From the NCBI GenBank assembly GCA_025062295.1, contig JANXAJ010000002.1:39967-103966 (forward strand): a stretch of 64,000 bases of DNA, written 5' to 3'. The stretch's first letter is position 1, and the number at the start of each line of letters is the position of its first letter. The translations under genes and the position numbers were made by a program. Under the pieces are notes generated by a model. It saw nothing but the letters and a program-made list of their open reading frames with translations. It was not told the origin of the DNA and did no database searches. Shown here piece after piece: positions 47,943 through 57,300 of this stretch. This DNA is from Bacteroidia bacterium (GTDB taxonomy: Bacteria; Bacteroidota; Bacteroidia; SpSt-205).

Positions 47943-48584
47943 ATGCGGGTATTGGCTATTGGATCCTCAGCTCGCCTCCAAGCTTTGATGCGAGGTATCG
48001 GGCAGCGATGGCAGCCCGACCTCTGGGAATACCCTTCAAAAACCTCCCCTGGTTGGAAATACTATGATATAATCGTAGATTTAGAGGCTGATGAGCGTCC
48101 TTCTCCCGCCTTTTCTGCTTATTCCTCTGCTCTATGGGTACTTTCTGCCGTGAAGAAACCTCTTCACCAGCTTCTCCTCTCGCCAGCATGGGCTCTACGA
48201 TGCGTAGGAGCAAATCTACTTCCGCTCTTTTGCGAGCGCCCTTTAGTAGAGGCTTGCGCCCTCTCTGATGCAGCATGGGAGCGCTTTCAGCAGTGGGAGC
48301 CTCAAAGCGTGCGAGTCCCAGATAGAGTAGGGCTTGTCAGCGCTCGTATCTTGTGCCTTATTCTAAATGAAGCCCTCCTCCTGAAAGAAGAAGCTCAACT
48401 TTCATTAGAGACTATAGATGTAGCCGTTAAGCTGGGCCTAAACTATCCCTATACCATCTCAGAATGGGGTAGAGCCGTTGGCTGGCGCCATGTGAAAGAG
48501 ATTCTTCTGGCTCTCCAAGCTGAATATGGGGCAGATGTATATCCTATAGCTTCCTCTCTTGAGAATCTGAGCCTACCCTCTTAG
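47943..48584 (+). CDS. 3-hydroxyacyl-CoA dehydrogenase C-terminal-domain family protein (short, degenerate N-terminus)
   Basis: VPDRVGLVSARIL..ILNEA, IDVAVKLGLNYP, LQAEYG..Y; no intact GxGxxG; start trimmed to MRVLAIG. Confidence 0.7.
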   Translation: MRVLAIGSSARLQALMRGIGQRWQPDLWEYPSKTSPGWKYYDIIVDLEADERPSPAFSAYSSALWVLSAVKKPLHQLLLSPAWALRCVGANLLPLFCERPLVEACALSDAAWERFQQWEPQSVRVPDRVGLVSARILCLILNEALLLKEEAQLSLETIDVAVKLGLNYPYTISEWGRAVGWRHVKEILLALQAEYGADVYPIASSLENLSLPS

Positions 48585-48602
48585 ACTCTTAGGTTTTAGC
48601 TT

Positions 48603-49256
48603 ATGCTAAGCAAGATAGAGAAAAGGCGTCGGTATTACGCTCACCCTGTTGCCCTTTATGGGGAAAAAGTGCCTTCGCCAGCTGCGTGGAGAGAAACTCT
48701 GGGCTTTAGTCCTGATGCCCCTTTCTTCTTGGACTTGGGATGCGGCAAAGGAGAATTTGCAGTCTATTTAGCTCAGCGTTATCCTCATGCGCTTGTTGTT
48801 GGTTTGGATCGACGGGCGGATAGATTAGCCACAGGCTGTCGGATAGCTTCCGAGCGAGGAGTTCATAACGTCCGTTTCTGGCATGCAGATGCACTTCTTT
48901 TAGAGACCCATCTTGGGCTGGCTGAAGTCTCCACTCTCTGGCTCAACTACCCAGACCCCTATCCGAAGCGGCGTCACGAAAAACATCGCCTTCTTCATCC
49001 GCGTTTTCTTCGTCTCTATCAGCGGATTCTGATGCGAGGGGGAAGCCTCTTTCTCCGTACAGATGAGCCGAATCTATACTTTTACAGCTTAGAGCAGCTT
49101 AGAGAGGCTGGGTGGGAGATTGTATGGGCCACACCTTGCCTTCTGCCTGGGGAAGTAGAGGAGGAGGCAGCATATTTTGAGACTGAATTTTACCGCAAAC
49201 GAGGGGGTACTATCCACTATATTCATGCTCGCTGGAGAGGCTACTCAAGAGAATGA
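48603..49256 (+). CDS. trmB: tRNA (guanine-N7)-methyltransferase
   Basis: LDLGCGKGEF, NYPDPxPKxRHxKxRL, RTD, TEF. Confidence 0.92.
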   Translation: MLSKIEKRRRYYAHPVALYGEKVPSPAAWRETLGFSPDAPFFLDLGCGKGEFAVYLAQRYPHALVVGLDRRADRLATGCRIASERGVHNVRFWHADALLLETHLGLAEVSTLWLNYPDPYPKRRHEKHRLLHPRFLRLYQRILMRGGSLFLRTDEPNLYFYSLEQLREAGWEIVWATPCLLPGEVEEEAAYFETEFYRKRGGTIHYIHARWRGYSRE

Positions 49257-49273
49257 AGTGAGGCTTTTTTTGA

Positions 49274-49316
49274 TTTTAGCGGCGGCAGCCACCGAAGGTG
49301 GTTGCCGCCGCTAAAA
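49274..49316. repeat. REP-like palindrome / bidirectional terminator, copy 2
   Basis: TTTTAGCGGCGGCAGCCACC-GAA-GGTGGTTGCCGCCGCTAAAA, 20-bp stem with one G-U, between convergent trmB and tRNA operon. Confidence 0.8.
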
Positions 49317-49350
49317 AACCTCCCCATTACGCCTCCCCCTAATAGAGGTG

Positions 49351-49440
49351 CGGAGAGGGGGGGATTCGAACCCCCGACTCCGATTTTGTCGGAGTACACG
49401 ATTTCCAGTCGTGCCCGTTCGACCACTCCGGCACCTCTCC
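49351..49440 (-). tRNA. tRNA-Ser (GGA)
   Basis: GGAGAGG/CCTCTCC acceptor, CACGA-CT GGA AA-TCGTG, long variable arm, G discriminator, no encoded CCA. Confidence 0.95.
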
Positions 49441-49442
49441 AG

Positions 49443-49515
49443 TGGAGAGTAGCGGACTCGAACCGCTGACCTCCAGAGTGCGATTCTGGCGCTCTACCAC
49501 CTGAGCTAACTCCCC
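49443..49515 (-). tRNA. tRNA-Ala (CGC)
   Basis: GGGGAGT/ACTCTCC with G3-U70, CCAGA-AT CGC AC-TCTGG, no encoded CCA. Confidence 0.93.
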
Positions 49516-49518
49516 TCG

Positions 49519-49591
49519 TGGAGGGTAGCGGACTCGAACCGCTGGCCTCCAGCATGCCATGCTGGCGCTCTACCACCTGAGCTAACCCCCC
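49519..49591 (-). tRNA. tRNA-Ala (GGC)
   Basis: GGGGGGT/ACCCTCC with G3-U70, CCAGC-AT GGC AT-GCTGG, no encoded CCA. Confidence 0.95.
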
Positions 49592-49599
49592 AGCAGTAG

Positions 49600-49607
49600 C
49601 AAATATA
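49600..49607 (-). promoter_or_regulatory. -7 promoter box TATATTTG of tRNA operon
   Basis: Exact TAnnTTTG 8 nt before tRNA-Ala(GGC). Confidence 0.7.
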
Positions 49608-49615
49608 CAACGGAT

Positions 49616-50584
49616 TCACCAAACCCTCGGCCCTGGCAGAAGGTATCCTTGCACATAATCCCTCACCCCTTCTTCTAATGAAAAAAATGAATCCCCGTAA
49701 CCTGCTGCCCGCAGCTTACCCATCTCTGCTTGAGTAAAATACTGATAACCTGAACGAATCGCCTCTGGCATCTCTATGAATTCTACGCATAGCTCCCGTC
49801 CCATCGCAGCGAAAAGAGCAGCAGCTAAGTCTAAAAAGCTCCGAGCTGTCCCTGTACCCAGATTATAAATCCCAGAAGGCATTGAACTCCTGAAAAAATG
49901 AAAAAGAACCTTAACCACGTCCTTGACATAAATAAAATCCCTCTTTTGCTCCCCATCTCCATAGTCTGGGCGATAAGACCGAAAGAGTTTTATTCTGCCC
50001 TCGTCAGTTATCTGATTGTACCCATGCCAGACTACACTCGCCATCCTTCCCTTGTGATACTCATTCGGACCATAAACATTGAAGAACTTGAAGCCAGCCC
50101 ATCTGGGAGGCGTCTTATCTTGGCTTATCACCCACAAGTCAAATGTGTGTTTAGAGCGGGCGTAGGGATTGAGGGGCTGAAGGTGAGCAAGAATACGCTC
50201 ATCATCTGAAAATCCATGCCTTCCATCCCCATAAGTCGCTGCGCTGGATGCATAAAAGAAAGGTATCTGTGCTTGAGTAGCGAAATCCCACAAGCGCTGC
50301 GAGTAAGAGAGATTCAACTCCATGAAAACCTCTTCAGATTTGAGGGTGGTGTCGGTACGTGCTCCTAAATGAAAAATTGCCTGAATAGAGCTCTTATAAG
50401 CCTTGAGCCAATCAAAAAGGTGATGTCGCTCCACAAGATAGCGATAGCGCTTGGTTTGCCAATTTTGTTTCTTACTCAGGTGAGAAAAATCATCCACTAA
50501 TACTATGTCCGTCATACCTTGCTCATTTAGATAGGCAGCAAGGGCACTACCGATGAAGCCAGCCGCACCTGTGAGAACTATCAC
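49616..50584 (-). CDS. rfaD: ADP-glyceromanno-heptose 6-epimerase
   Basis: TGAAGFIGS, FHLGARTDT, YASSAATYG, PLNPYxxSK, FFNVYGPNEYHKGRMASV, YQYFTQA; GTG 50584 is 4 nt after TACCTTTG (50589-50596). Confidence 0.93.
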   Translation of the reverse strand: MIVLTGAAGFIGSALAAYLNEQGMTDIVLVDDFSHLSKKQNWQTKRYRYLVERHHLFDWLKAYKSSIQAIFHLGARTDTTLKSEEVFMELNLSYSQRLWDFATQAQIPFFYASSAATYGDGRHGFSDDERILAHLQPLNPYARSKHTFDLWVISQDKTPPRWAGFKFFNVYGPNEYHKGRMASVVWHGYNQITDEGRIKLFRSYRPDYGDGEQKRDFIYVKDVVKVLFHFFRSSMPSGIYNLGTGTARSFLDLAAALFAAMGRELCVEFIEMPEAIRSGYQYFTQAEMGKLRAAGYGDSFFSLEEGVRDYVQGYLLPGPRVW

Positions 50585-50725
50585 ACCGCAAAGGTAGAGG
50601 GCATGCGTTTCCTTCAGAGTGAGCCTTGCTTGCAGTAGGATCATCTACATAGCGGAGGGAGTTTTACATCTTCTTAGAGTTGGGGCAACCTATACTTTAC
50701 TTCATGCCTCCACTTTTGACCCGAT

Positions 50726-52147
50726 ATGAAGACCGCATGGGTTCATAGGGGAATGTTAGCGCTTATAATAAGCGCCAGCTTTATTGCCTGTAAGCGAGAC
50801 CGAGATGATGAGGAGCCAGCACCGACTCCACCCGCAGGGGAGCGCATAGATACCTTGCGCGGGGAGCTTACTACGGAGCTCCGATTAGATTCGACTAAGA
50901 AGTACCTCTTGGTCGGCACCTTTATCGTTCGCGAAGGGGGCATTCTACGAATCCCAGCAGGAACCGTTATCTTCGGCGACAGGCGGACGAAGGGTACGCT
51001 GATTATTGACCGAGGAGGAAAAATCTTCGCCCAGGGAACGCCAGACAAACCTATCATCTTCACCTCTCGCTTCGGACCAGGTGAAAGAGACCGGGGAGAC
51101 TGGGGAGGAGTAATCATTTTAGGAAAAGCTCGGGTCAATCAAGCAAATGTGAATATAGAAGGAGTAAACCCTCTGATGCCATATGGAGGAACCGACGATG
51201 AAGATAACTCGGGGATTTTCCGATATGTACGGATAGAATATAGCGGGGTAGCTCTCTCTCCTAATAATGAAATCAACAGTCTGACCCTCGGAGGCGTCGG
51301 TCGGGGCACCCAGATAGATCATGTCCAAGTTTCCTATGGAGGGGATGATGGGTTTGAGTGGTTTGGAGGTACAGTAGATGCGAAGTATCTGGTATCTTTT
51401 GCCACTTGGGACGATGATTTAGATGTAGATTTTGGCTGGTCAGGACGAGTTCAGTTTGCGCTTGTGATTCGGGATCCATTTGGAGCAGACCAGTCAGGTT
51501 CAAATGCTTTTGAATGTGATAATGATGCAAGCGGCTCTGCTGCCACACCCTTCACCTCAGGTGTCTTTTCCAATGTTACGGTCATAGGTCCGATTTGGGC
51601 CCGAGGGTTTCGTCCCAGCGCGACCTATCAGAACGCGATACACTTGCGGCGAAATGCCGCTGTCTCTATATTCAACTCAGTAATTGGAGGTTTCCCCACG
51701 GGACTCCGAATCGATGGCGGAATAAATAGCACCCTCGGCCACTATCTGGATGGAAGGGCCTTCTTGCGTTACAATGTATTATACATAGACTCCGCTAATG
51801 TTCGAGCTCTCTTCCGTGGCGATTCTTCTGGTACCTCAATAGCGGATAGAGTGCGCGACCTGTGGAACGACTCTCAAAACGGCAATCAACAACAGGGTGC
51901 AGACTCTTTGGCTTTCCTATTCGGCTATTCCTCTACGAATCCTCTCCCATTCTTCAGGTATGTGGAGGGACAAGCCAATCCTTCCCTTACTTTGCCCGGG
52001 GGATCGCCACTGGCAACAGGAGCCGACTTTAGCCATCCTAAGCTTGATAACTTCTTTGAGCGAGTGAGCTTTAGGGGAGCTCTACGAGTGGACGGCGACT
52101 GGACCGATGGCTGGTGTAGCTTCAGACCCCAAGATATCCAATACTGA
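50726..52147 (+). CDS. Surface lipoprotein with beta-helix fold (widespread family, function unclear)
   Basis: Lipobox FIAC plus acidic export-like stretch KRDRDDEE; IxAxGTxxxPIIFTS, GDWGGxxILG, YGGxxxxDNSG, EINSLTLGGVG, DDGFEWFGGTV. Confidence 0.8.
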   Translation: MKTAWVHRGMLALIISASFIACKRDRDDEEPAPTPPAGERIDTLRGELTTELRLDSTKKYLLVGTFIVREGGILRIPAGTVIFGDRRTKGTLIIDRGGKIFAQGTPDKPIIFTSRFGPGERDRGDWGGVIILGKARVNQANVNIEGVNPLMPYGGTDDEDNSGIFRYVRIEYSGVALSPNNEINSLTLGGVGRGTQIDHVQVSYGGDDGFEWFGGTVDAKYLVSFATWDDDLDVDFGWSGRVQFALVIRDPFGADQSGSNAFECDNDASGSAATPFTSGVFSNVTVIGPIWARGFRPSATYQNAIHLRRNAAVSIFNSVIGGFPTGLRIDGGINSTLGHYLDGRAFLRYNVLYIDSANVRALFRGDSSGTSIADRVRDLWNDSQNGNQQQGADSLAFLFGYSSTNPLPFFRYVEGQANPSLTLPGGSPLATGADFSHPKLDNFFERVSFRGALRVDGDWTDGWCSFRPQDIQY

Positions 52148-52709
52148 TCCTTTCCAGCTTAGGGAGAGGGGCAGGAGCTTTCTCCTGCTCCTCTTCCTTT
52201 TGGAAGGGTGCTACTCCGACTCAGGCTCGCCCCATCTGATACCCCCTGAAAAGCAGCCTGCTTTCCTCTTAGACTCTATTCGGCGTCGGCTTTATCCTCT
52301 CGTCGCTGGAGCTCATGCTCCAAGAGATTCTATCAAATCCTATCGTTGGGAACTTTGGCATCCTGTAGGCGAGACTATTTACTTCGGGCTGAGTCGTCCT
52401 GCCCGCAGTCTCTACCGAGATCGGCGCGAGGCGGTATTGGGACGGTTTGTCTTGAAGGATACAGGACTTGCTTATTACGAAGAGATAGGCTGGACGTATC
52501 GCTTCAGAGGGGACACCATTCGGAGGGTCATAGAGGGCGTTTTTCGGGCATGGCAAAATGGAACCCCCATAGAGAGCCTCCAAGAGGCTTACCTGTCCTT
52601 TCCTGACCCCTATAGCTTCTACGACATAAAGCAGCGCTGCTGGAAGCGAGTCATCGGACGAGATACAGTAGAGAGCCTCCAGCAGCTATTAGAACAAAAA
52701 ATACCCTAA
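52107..52709 (+). CDS. Hypothetical lipoprotein
   Basis: RERGRSFLLLLFLLEGC lipobox-type signal; SRPARSL, YEE, FPD..xxYD motifs; start uncertain. Confidence 0.6.
   Translation: MAGVASDPKISNTDPFQLRERGRSFLLLLFLLEGCYSDSGSPHLIPPEKQPAFLLDSIRRRLYPLVAGAHAPRDSIKSYRWELWHPVGETIYFGLSRPARSLYRDRREAVLGRFVLKDTGLAYYEEIGWTYRFRGDTIRRVIEGVFRAWQNGTPIESLQEAYLSFPDPYSFYDIKQRCWKRVIGRDTVESLQQLLEQKIP
52161..52201 (+). terminator. Strong hairpin (terminator or stabiliser) after the 50726 lipoprotein gene
   Basis: AGGGAGAGGGGCAGGAG-CTTT-CTCCTGCTCCTCTTCCT then TTT; 17 bp with two G-U, 13 nt after the stop. Confidence 0.65.
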
Positions 52710-52746
52710 AGAGACACTCTATAAATGTTCTTTTCTCCTTCGGTCT

Positions 52747-53451
52747 TTAGTCAGCTGCTCTTATTTCGGCACCCTCTACTGCTGCCCCAAATACTTCTCC
52801 GAAGTGATAACATATTCTCTCTTTGACGAGAGCTAAAGGGATAGGCTCACGGAGTTCATGGGCCATGGAAGTTACACCTTTATCCCGAATCCCACAGGGG
52901 ACAATGTAGGAGAAACCCGATAAGTCTGTATTCACATTCAAGGCAAAGCCGTGCATGGTTACCCATCGGCTAAGTTTGACGCCCATAGCGGCAATTTTGC
53001 GAGGGGGAGGAGAAAGCCATACGCCTGTGAAGCCTGTCCACCTCTTTCCTTTCAGTCCCCACTCAGCAATCGTTCGGATAAGCACCTCTTCTAAGCTGCG
53101 CATGTACCATCCTACATCTGGTTTATATCGCTCTAACCAGAGGATAGGATACCCGACAATTTGCCCTGGTCCATGGTAAGTTACATCGCCTCCTCTTTCC
53201 ACTGCGTACACTTCAATCCCTTGAGCATGGAGGAGCGTTTGAGGAAGGAGAATATGGTCTGCCCGAGCACCGCGTCCCAGCGTAATCACAGGCGGATGTT
53301 CACAGAGAATAAGCCTGTCTTCCCACTTTTCTAAGTGAGAGAGAGCCTGAGCCACGAGCGATCGCTGCCGTTCCCAAGCCTCTTTGTACGAGATTAGACC
53401 CCAGTCTTCGTATCGGATGACCTTCGGCGCAGGGTGAGAAAAAGAAGCCAT
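52747..53451 (-). CDS. lipB: Lipoyl(octanoyl) transferase
   Basis: EHPPVITLG, RGGDVTYHGPGQIVGYP, KIAAMG, MHGFALNV, IVPCGI; start uncertain. Confidence 0.94.
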   Translation of the reverse strand: MASFSHPAPKVIRYEDWGLISYKEAWERQRSLVAQALSHLEKWEDRLILCEHPPVITLGRGARADHILLPQTLLHAQGIEVYAVERGGDVTYHGPGQIVGYPILWLERYKPDVGWYMRSLEEVLIRTIAEWGLKGKRWTGFTGVWLSPPPRKIAAMGVKLSRWVTMHGFALNVNTDLSGFSYIVPCGIRDKGVTSMAHELREPIPLALVKERICYHFGEVFGAAVEGAEIRAAD

Positions 53452-54011
53452 ATAACGCCTATAGAGATACAGCTATCCGCTATATTGAATACAGGCCAAA
53501 GGGCAATGTATTCACCTCCAATAAAGGGCACCCATTCAGGAAGGATGCCCTGCCAGATATCCACATAAATGAAATCCACCACTTGTCCCTGAAACCATCC
53601 TCCCTCATAAGCATTTCGTTCAGGAAAAAGGACACCATAGAAGATACGATCAATCAGGTTCCCAAATGCTCCCCCAATAATCAGTCCGGCAGGAGGAAGA
53701 AGTCGGACATCTTCCCGAATAGCCCGAAATAGATAAAGGCTCACTAGCACTGCAATACCAAGAGAGAGAAGGGTCAGAATGATACGAGGGGCGACCTCAG
53801 CCGCCTCGCCTTCCATACTCCGAAAAAAGCCAGAGAGAGATAGACCAAAGGCCGCACCAGGATTCTCTACATAGTGAAGCTTCAGCCAATTCCCTATCCA
53901 CCTTATCTCATGTCCAAGAGGATAAGACAGCTTAACCCATACTTTCGTGAGCTGATCCACTAAGATCACCCCTAAAACAATCAGCCCGAGTTGAAGAGAC
54001 TGCTTTTTCAC
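53394..54011 (-). CDS. lspA: Lipoprotein signal peptidase II
   Basis: DQLTK, ENPGAAFG, GAFGNLIDR, VVDF, PVFNIAD. Confidence 0.93.
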   Translation of the reverse strand: MKKQSLQLGLIVLGVILVDQLTKVWVKLSYPLGHEIRWIGNWLKLHYVENPGAAFGLSLSGFFRSMEGEAAEVAPRIILTLLSLGIAVLVSLYLFRAIREDVRLLPPAGLIIGGAFGNLIDRIFYGVLFPERNAYEGGWFQGQVVDFIYVDIWQGILPEWVPFIGGEYIALWPVFNIADSCISIGVIWLLFLTLRRRSSDTKTGV

Positions 54012-54385
54012 TTGGAGCGTTTTTCCTTGACCTCCACGAGGGTCTCTGCCACAGGAACAGCTAAGAGCCGCTCCTTCGGAATAAGCTTGCCTGTGACTTT
54101 ACAAATGCCGTAGGTACCGTTTTCAATCCGAATAAGCGCTCGCCTAAGTGCATCTATGTATTTGAGGTTATGTTGGAGAAGGCGCTCTATTTGAATCTTA
54201 TCCGAATACTCGCTGCCCAGGTACTCTCCGGTTCTATATTGATCCTCTGCAGCTGAGACAAGTTCATTCAGACTTTCCTTGAGTCGCTGATATTCCTTTT
54301 CCGCTTCTTCTAATTTTTTGAGTATGATCTGCTTAAATTCAGACAGTTCTTCAGCAGAATAGCGAGTTTTTTCAGGCGTGCTCAT
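54008..54385 (-). CDS. TraR/DksA-family transcriptional regulator
   Basis: RYSxxELxEFK, coiled coil, ALxRIENGTYGICKVTGKLIPKERL; typical position between ileS and lspA. Confidence 0.88.
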   Translation of the reverse strand: MSTPEKTRYSAEELSEFKQIILKKLEEAEKEYQRLKESLNELVSAAEDQYRTGEYLGSEYSDKIQIERLLQHNLKYIDALRRALIRIENGTYGICKVTGKLIPKERLLAVPVAETLVEVKEKRSK

Positions 54386-57300
54386 ATATGCTCTCGATAT
54401 GAATCTCCATTGGAATGCCATCTAAAAACATAGTAGTCGGAATAGAGGGAGGAATGGTAGCCCAGTTCAGGGTAAGGGCAAGGGTTTCTTGCTGGATCAG
54501 CTCCTGGTAAGGGCGCAGCGCTTCTACATAGGGGGAAGGAAGAGAAATTCGCAGCTGAATTCGGTCTGTTACCTCTAAGCCGGCCCCCTTGCGGGCAACC
54601 TGAATATGATGAATAAGCTCGCGAGCCCATCCTTCTCTTTCTAACTCTGGGGTCAGGCGAGTGTCTAATGCGACGGTAAGTCCGCCTTCGGAGGCATGAA
54701 GCCATCCAGAAAGCGCCCGAGCCCGAATCTCAATCGCTTCTAAGGAGTAAGTCTCCCCTTCCCATGTCAAGCTGCCCTTCTCAATAATATCAAGAATCTC
54801 TCTCTGGGAGAGCCCTCTCAGATACTCAGCAAAAGCAGGCAGGCGAGCACCCAAGGAAGGACCTAAAAGCCGATAGTTGGGACGAAGCTCATATATAACG
54901 GCTTCACTGTGGTCTGCTAAGTAAGTGAGCGTTTTTAGATTAAGCTCTTGGAGAAGAAGGTCTGCCAAGGGCTCTAACCATGGGCGATAGCTGGCGGGAA
55001 CGAGGGCTTGGGGGAGGGGCTGCCGAACGCGTATGCCGCTCTTTTTTCGGAGACTATGAAGGAGAGAAGCTAAAAGCCGAACCTTCTCCATAGTGGCTTC
55101 CAGTTCTGGCGTCCGAAAGTTCTCTTCCGGCTCGGGAAAATCACTCAGATGAACCGACTCCCCTTCACCTAAATGCTGCCACAGAATCTCTGCATAAAAA
55201 GGAGCAATGGGTGCCATCAGTTGAGCTATACGAAGGAGCGTCCGCCGTAAAATCGTAAAAGCCGCCCACTTGTCTGCATCTTGCTCTCCCTTCCAAAATC
55301 GGCGCCGATTGAGTCGAATATACCAGTTAGAGAGCTTCTCTACCACAAACTCTTCTATAAGACGGGCGGCTTGAGTCGGAAAATAGCTTTCGTAAGCTTG
55401 AAGAACCTGCTGGGTCAGCTTCTCCGTCTCGCTAATAATCCACCTATCTATCAAAGAGAGTTGGGTAAAGGGAGGAAGCGGCTGGGGCACATACCCGTCT
55501 ATGCGAGCGTAGAGTGCAAAAAACTCATACGCATTGTGAAGCGTGCCAAAAAAGGTGCGAACCTTCTCTTGAAGGCGACTCTCATCAAACCGAACATTCT
55601 CCCAGGGCGCTGATTGGCTGACCAAGTACCAGCGAGTGGGATCTGCCCCGTATTTTTCCATTAGCTCGGTCGGCTCAATCACATTGCCAAGCCTCTTAGA
55701 CATTTTATTCCCCTCCTTATCCAGTACAAGTCCATTTACAAGGACATGCCGATAAGCCACACTATCAAAAAGGGCTGCAGCAATCACATGAAGGGTATAA
55801 AACCAGCCGCGAGTCTGATCCACCCCTTCAGCAATAAAGTCAGCTGGAAAGAAATGGGCAAACTTCTCCCTTCCTTCAAAAGGATAATGAAGATGGGCAT
55901 AAGGCATTGCCCCCGAGTCAAACCAGACATCAATGACGTCCGGCTCGCGATACATCGGGCTCCCATCTGGCGCCACTAAGACAATCTCATCCACAAAGGG
56001 ACGATGAGGATCAAAGGTCGGCTGATCCAGAGGGTTATGGTCCATCAGCCCCGCAGACCGAGCCTTTTCTATCTCCATCTTCAGCTCTTCCAGAGACCCG
56101 ATACATCGTTCGTAGCGTCCATCCCGCGTACGCCATATCGGAAGAGGAATACCCCAAAACCGACTCCGAGAAAGATTCCAGTCCTCCACATTCTCCAGCC
56201 AGTTCCCAAATCGTCCCTCTCCAATTGTAGGCGGATGCCACTCAATATGGCGATTGAGTTCAACAAGCTTTTCTCTCAGAAGAGAGGTGCGAATGAACCA
56301 CCCTTCCACGGGATAGTAGAGGATGGGCTTATCGGTGCGCCAGCAGTGAGGATAATTATGTTCATAAGTATCTCTACGAAAAAGAAGTCCCCTTTCTCGC
56401 AGATTTTGTATAATGTCCTCATCTACGGGCTTATAGTTAGGGTCATCTGTATAGTTTTTGACATACCTCCCTGCGAAGTCTATGACTTGGGAGATGAAAC
56501 GCCCTTCCTTATCAACGAGAGGGAGAGGCTGTTGGTGCTCATCCCGAGCGACGATGGGAGGGATTTGATGCTTACGAGCGGCTTTGAGGTCATCAGCTCC
56601 GAAGGTGGGAGCAATATGAACAATTCCAGTGCCTTCTTCCAGAGTTACGAAGTCTGCAGGAATGATGCGCCATGGATTGCCCTCCGGCTCTACGTACCGG
56701 AAAAGCGGGACGTAGCGCCGCTGGAGAAGAGCCTCGCCCTTGAAGCGATGAAGAACCCGATAAGGCACCTTCCCCGCTCGTCGGTCAATAGCCTCAGGAG
56801 TAAAAGGCAGCTCTTCTGCGGGAAAGTATCGGGAGAGAGCTCCTTCTGCCAGAATCATCCGAATCCGCTCTGCCGTATAGGGCTGAAAGGTTTCAACCTC
56901 CACGTAGATGAACTCAGGATTGACAGCGAGAGCTGCGTTTGAGGGTAGAGTCCATGGCGTCGTCGTCCAAGCTAAATAGTAAAGGGAGGCTTGCTCTTGA
57001 TCCGGAAACTGCACGGTGATAGAAGGGTCTCGAACCCGACGATATGCTCCTGGCAGATTCAGCTCATGTTGGCTAAGAGCAGTCCCTGCAGCAGGCGAAT
57101 AAGGCTGAATGGTATAGTCCCGATACAGAAGCCCTTTATCATAAAACTGTTTGAGAAGCCACCACACGCTCTCTATGTAAGAGGGCTCAAAAGTGATGTA
57201 GGGATGCTCTAAGTCTATCCAATACCCCATGCGTTCCGTAAGCGCATCCCATGCGTCTTTGTAGCGCATCACCGCTTCCTTACATGCCTTATTGAAGTCA

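Noticed and set aside
49241-49576. ORFs over the tRNA cluster
   Set aside because: They are translations of tRNA sequence
49443-49591. Direct repeat that could be mistaken for a CRISPR array or att-site duplication
   Set aside because: Both copies are complete tRNA-Ala genes with intact cloverleaves; no spacers, cas genes or integrase
54008-54385. DksA-like protein with only one zinc-finger Cys
   Set aside because: The CxxTG pattern and ileS-dksA-lspA context are normal for Bacteroidota
56004-56942. 312-aa ORF antisense to ileS
   Set aside because: Entirely within a conserved gene, no recognisable motif; consistent with a codon-bias shadow ORF
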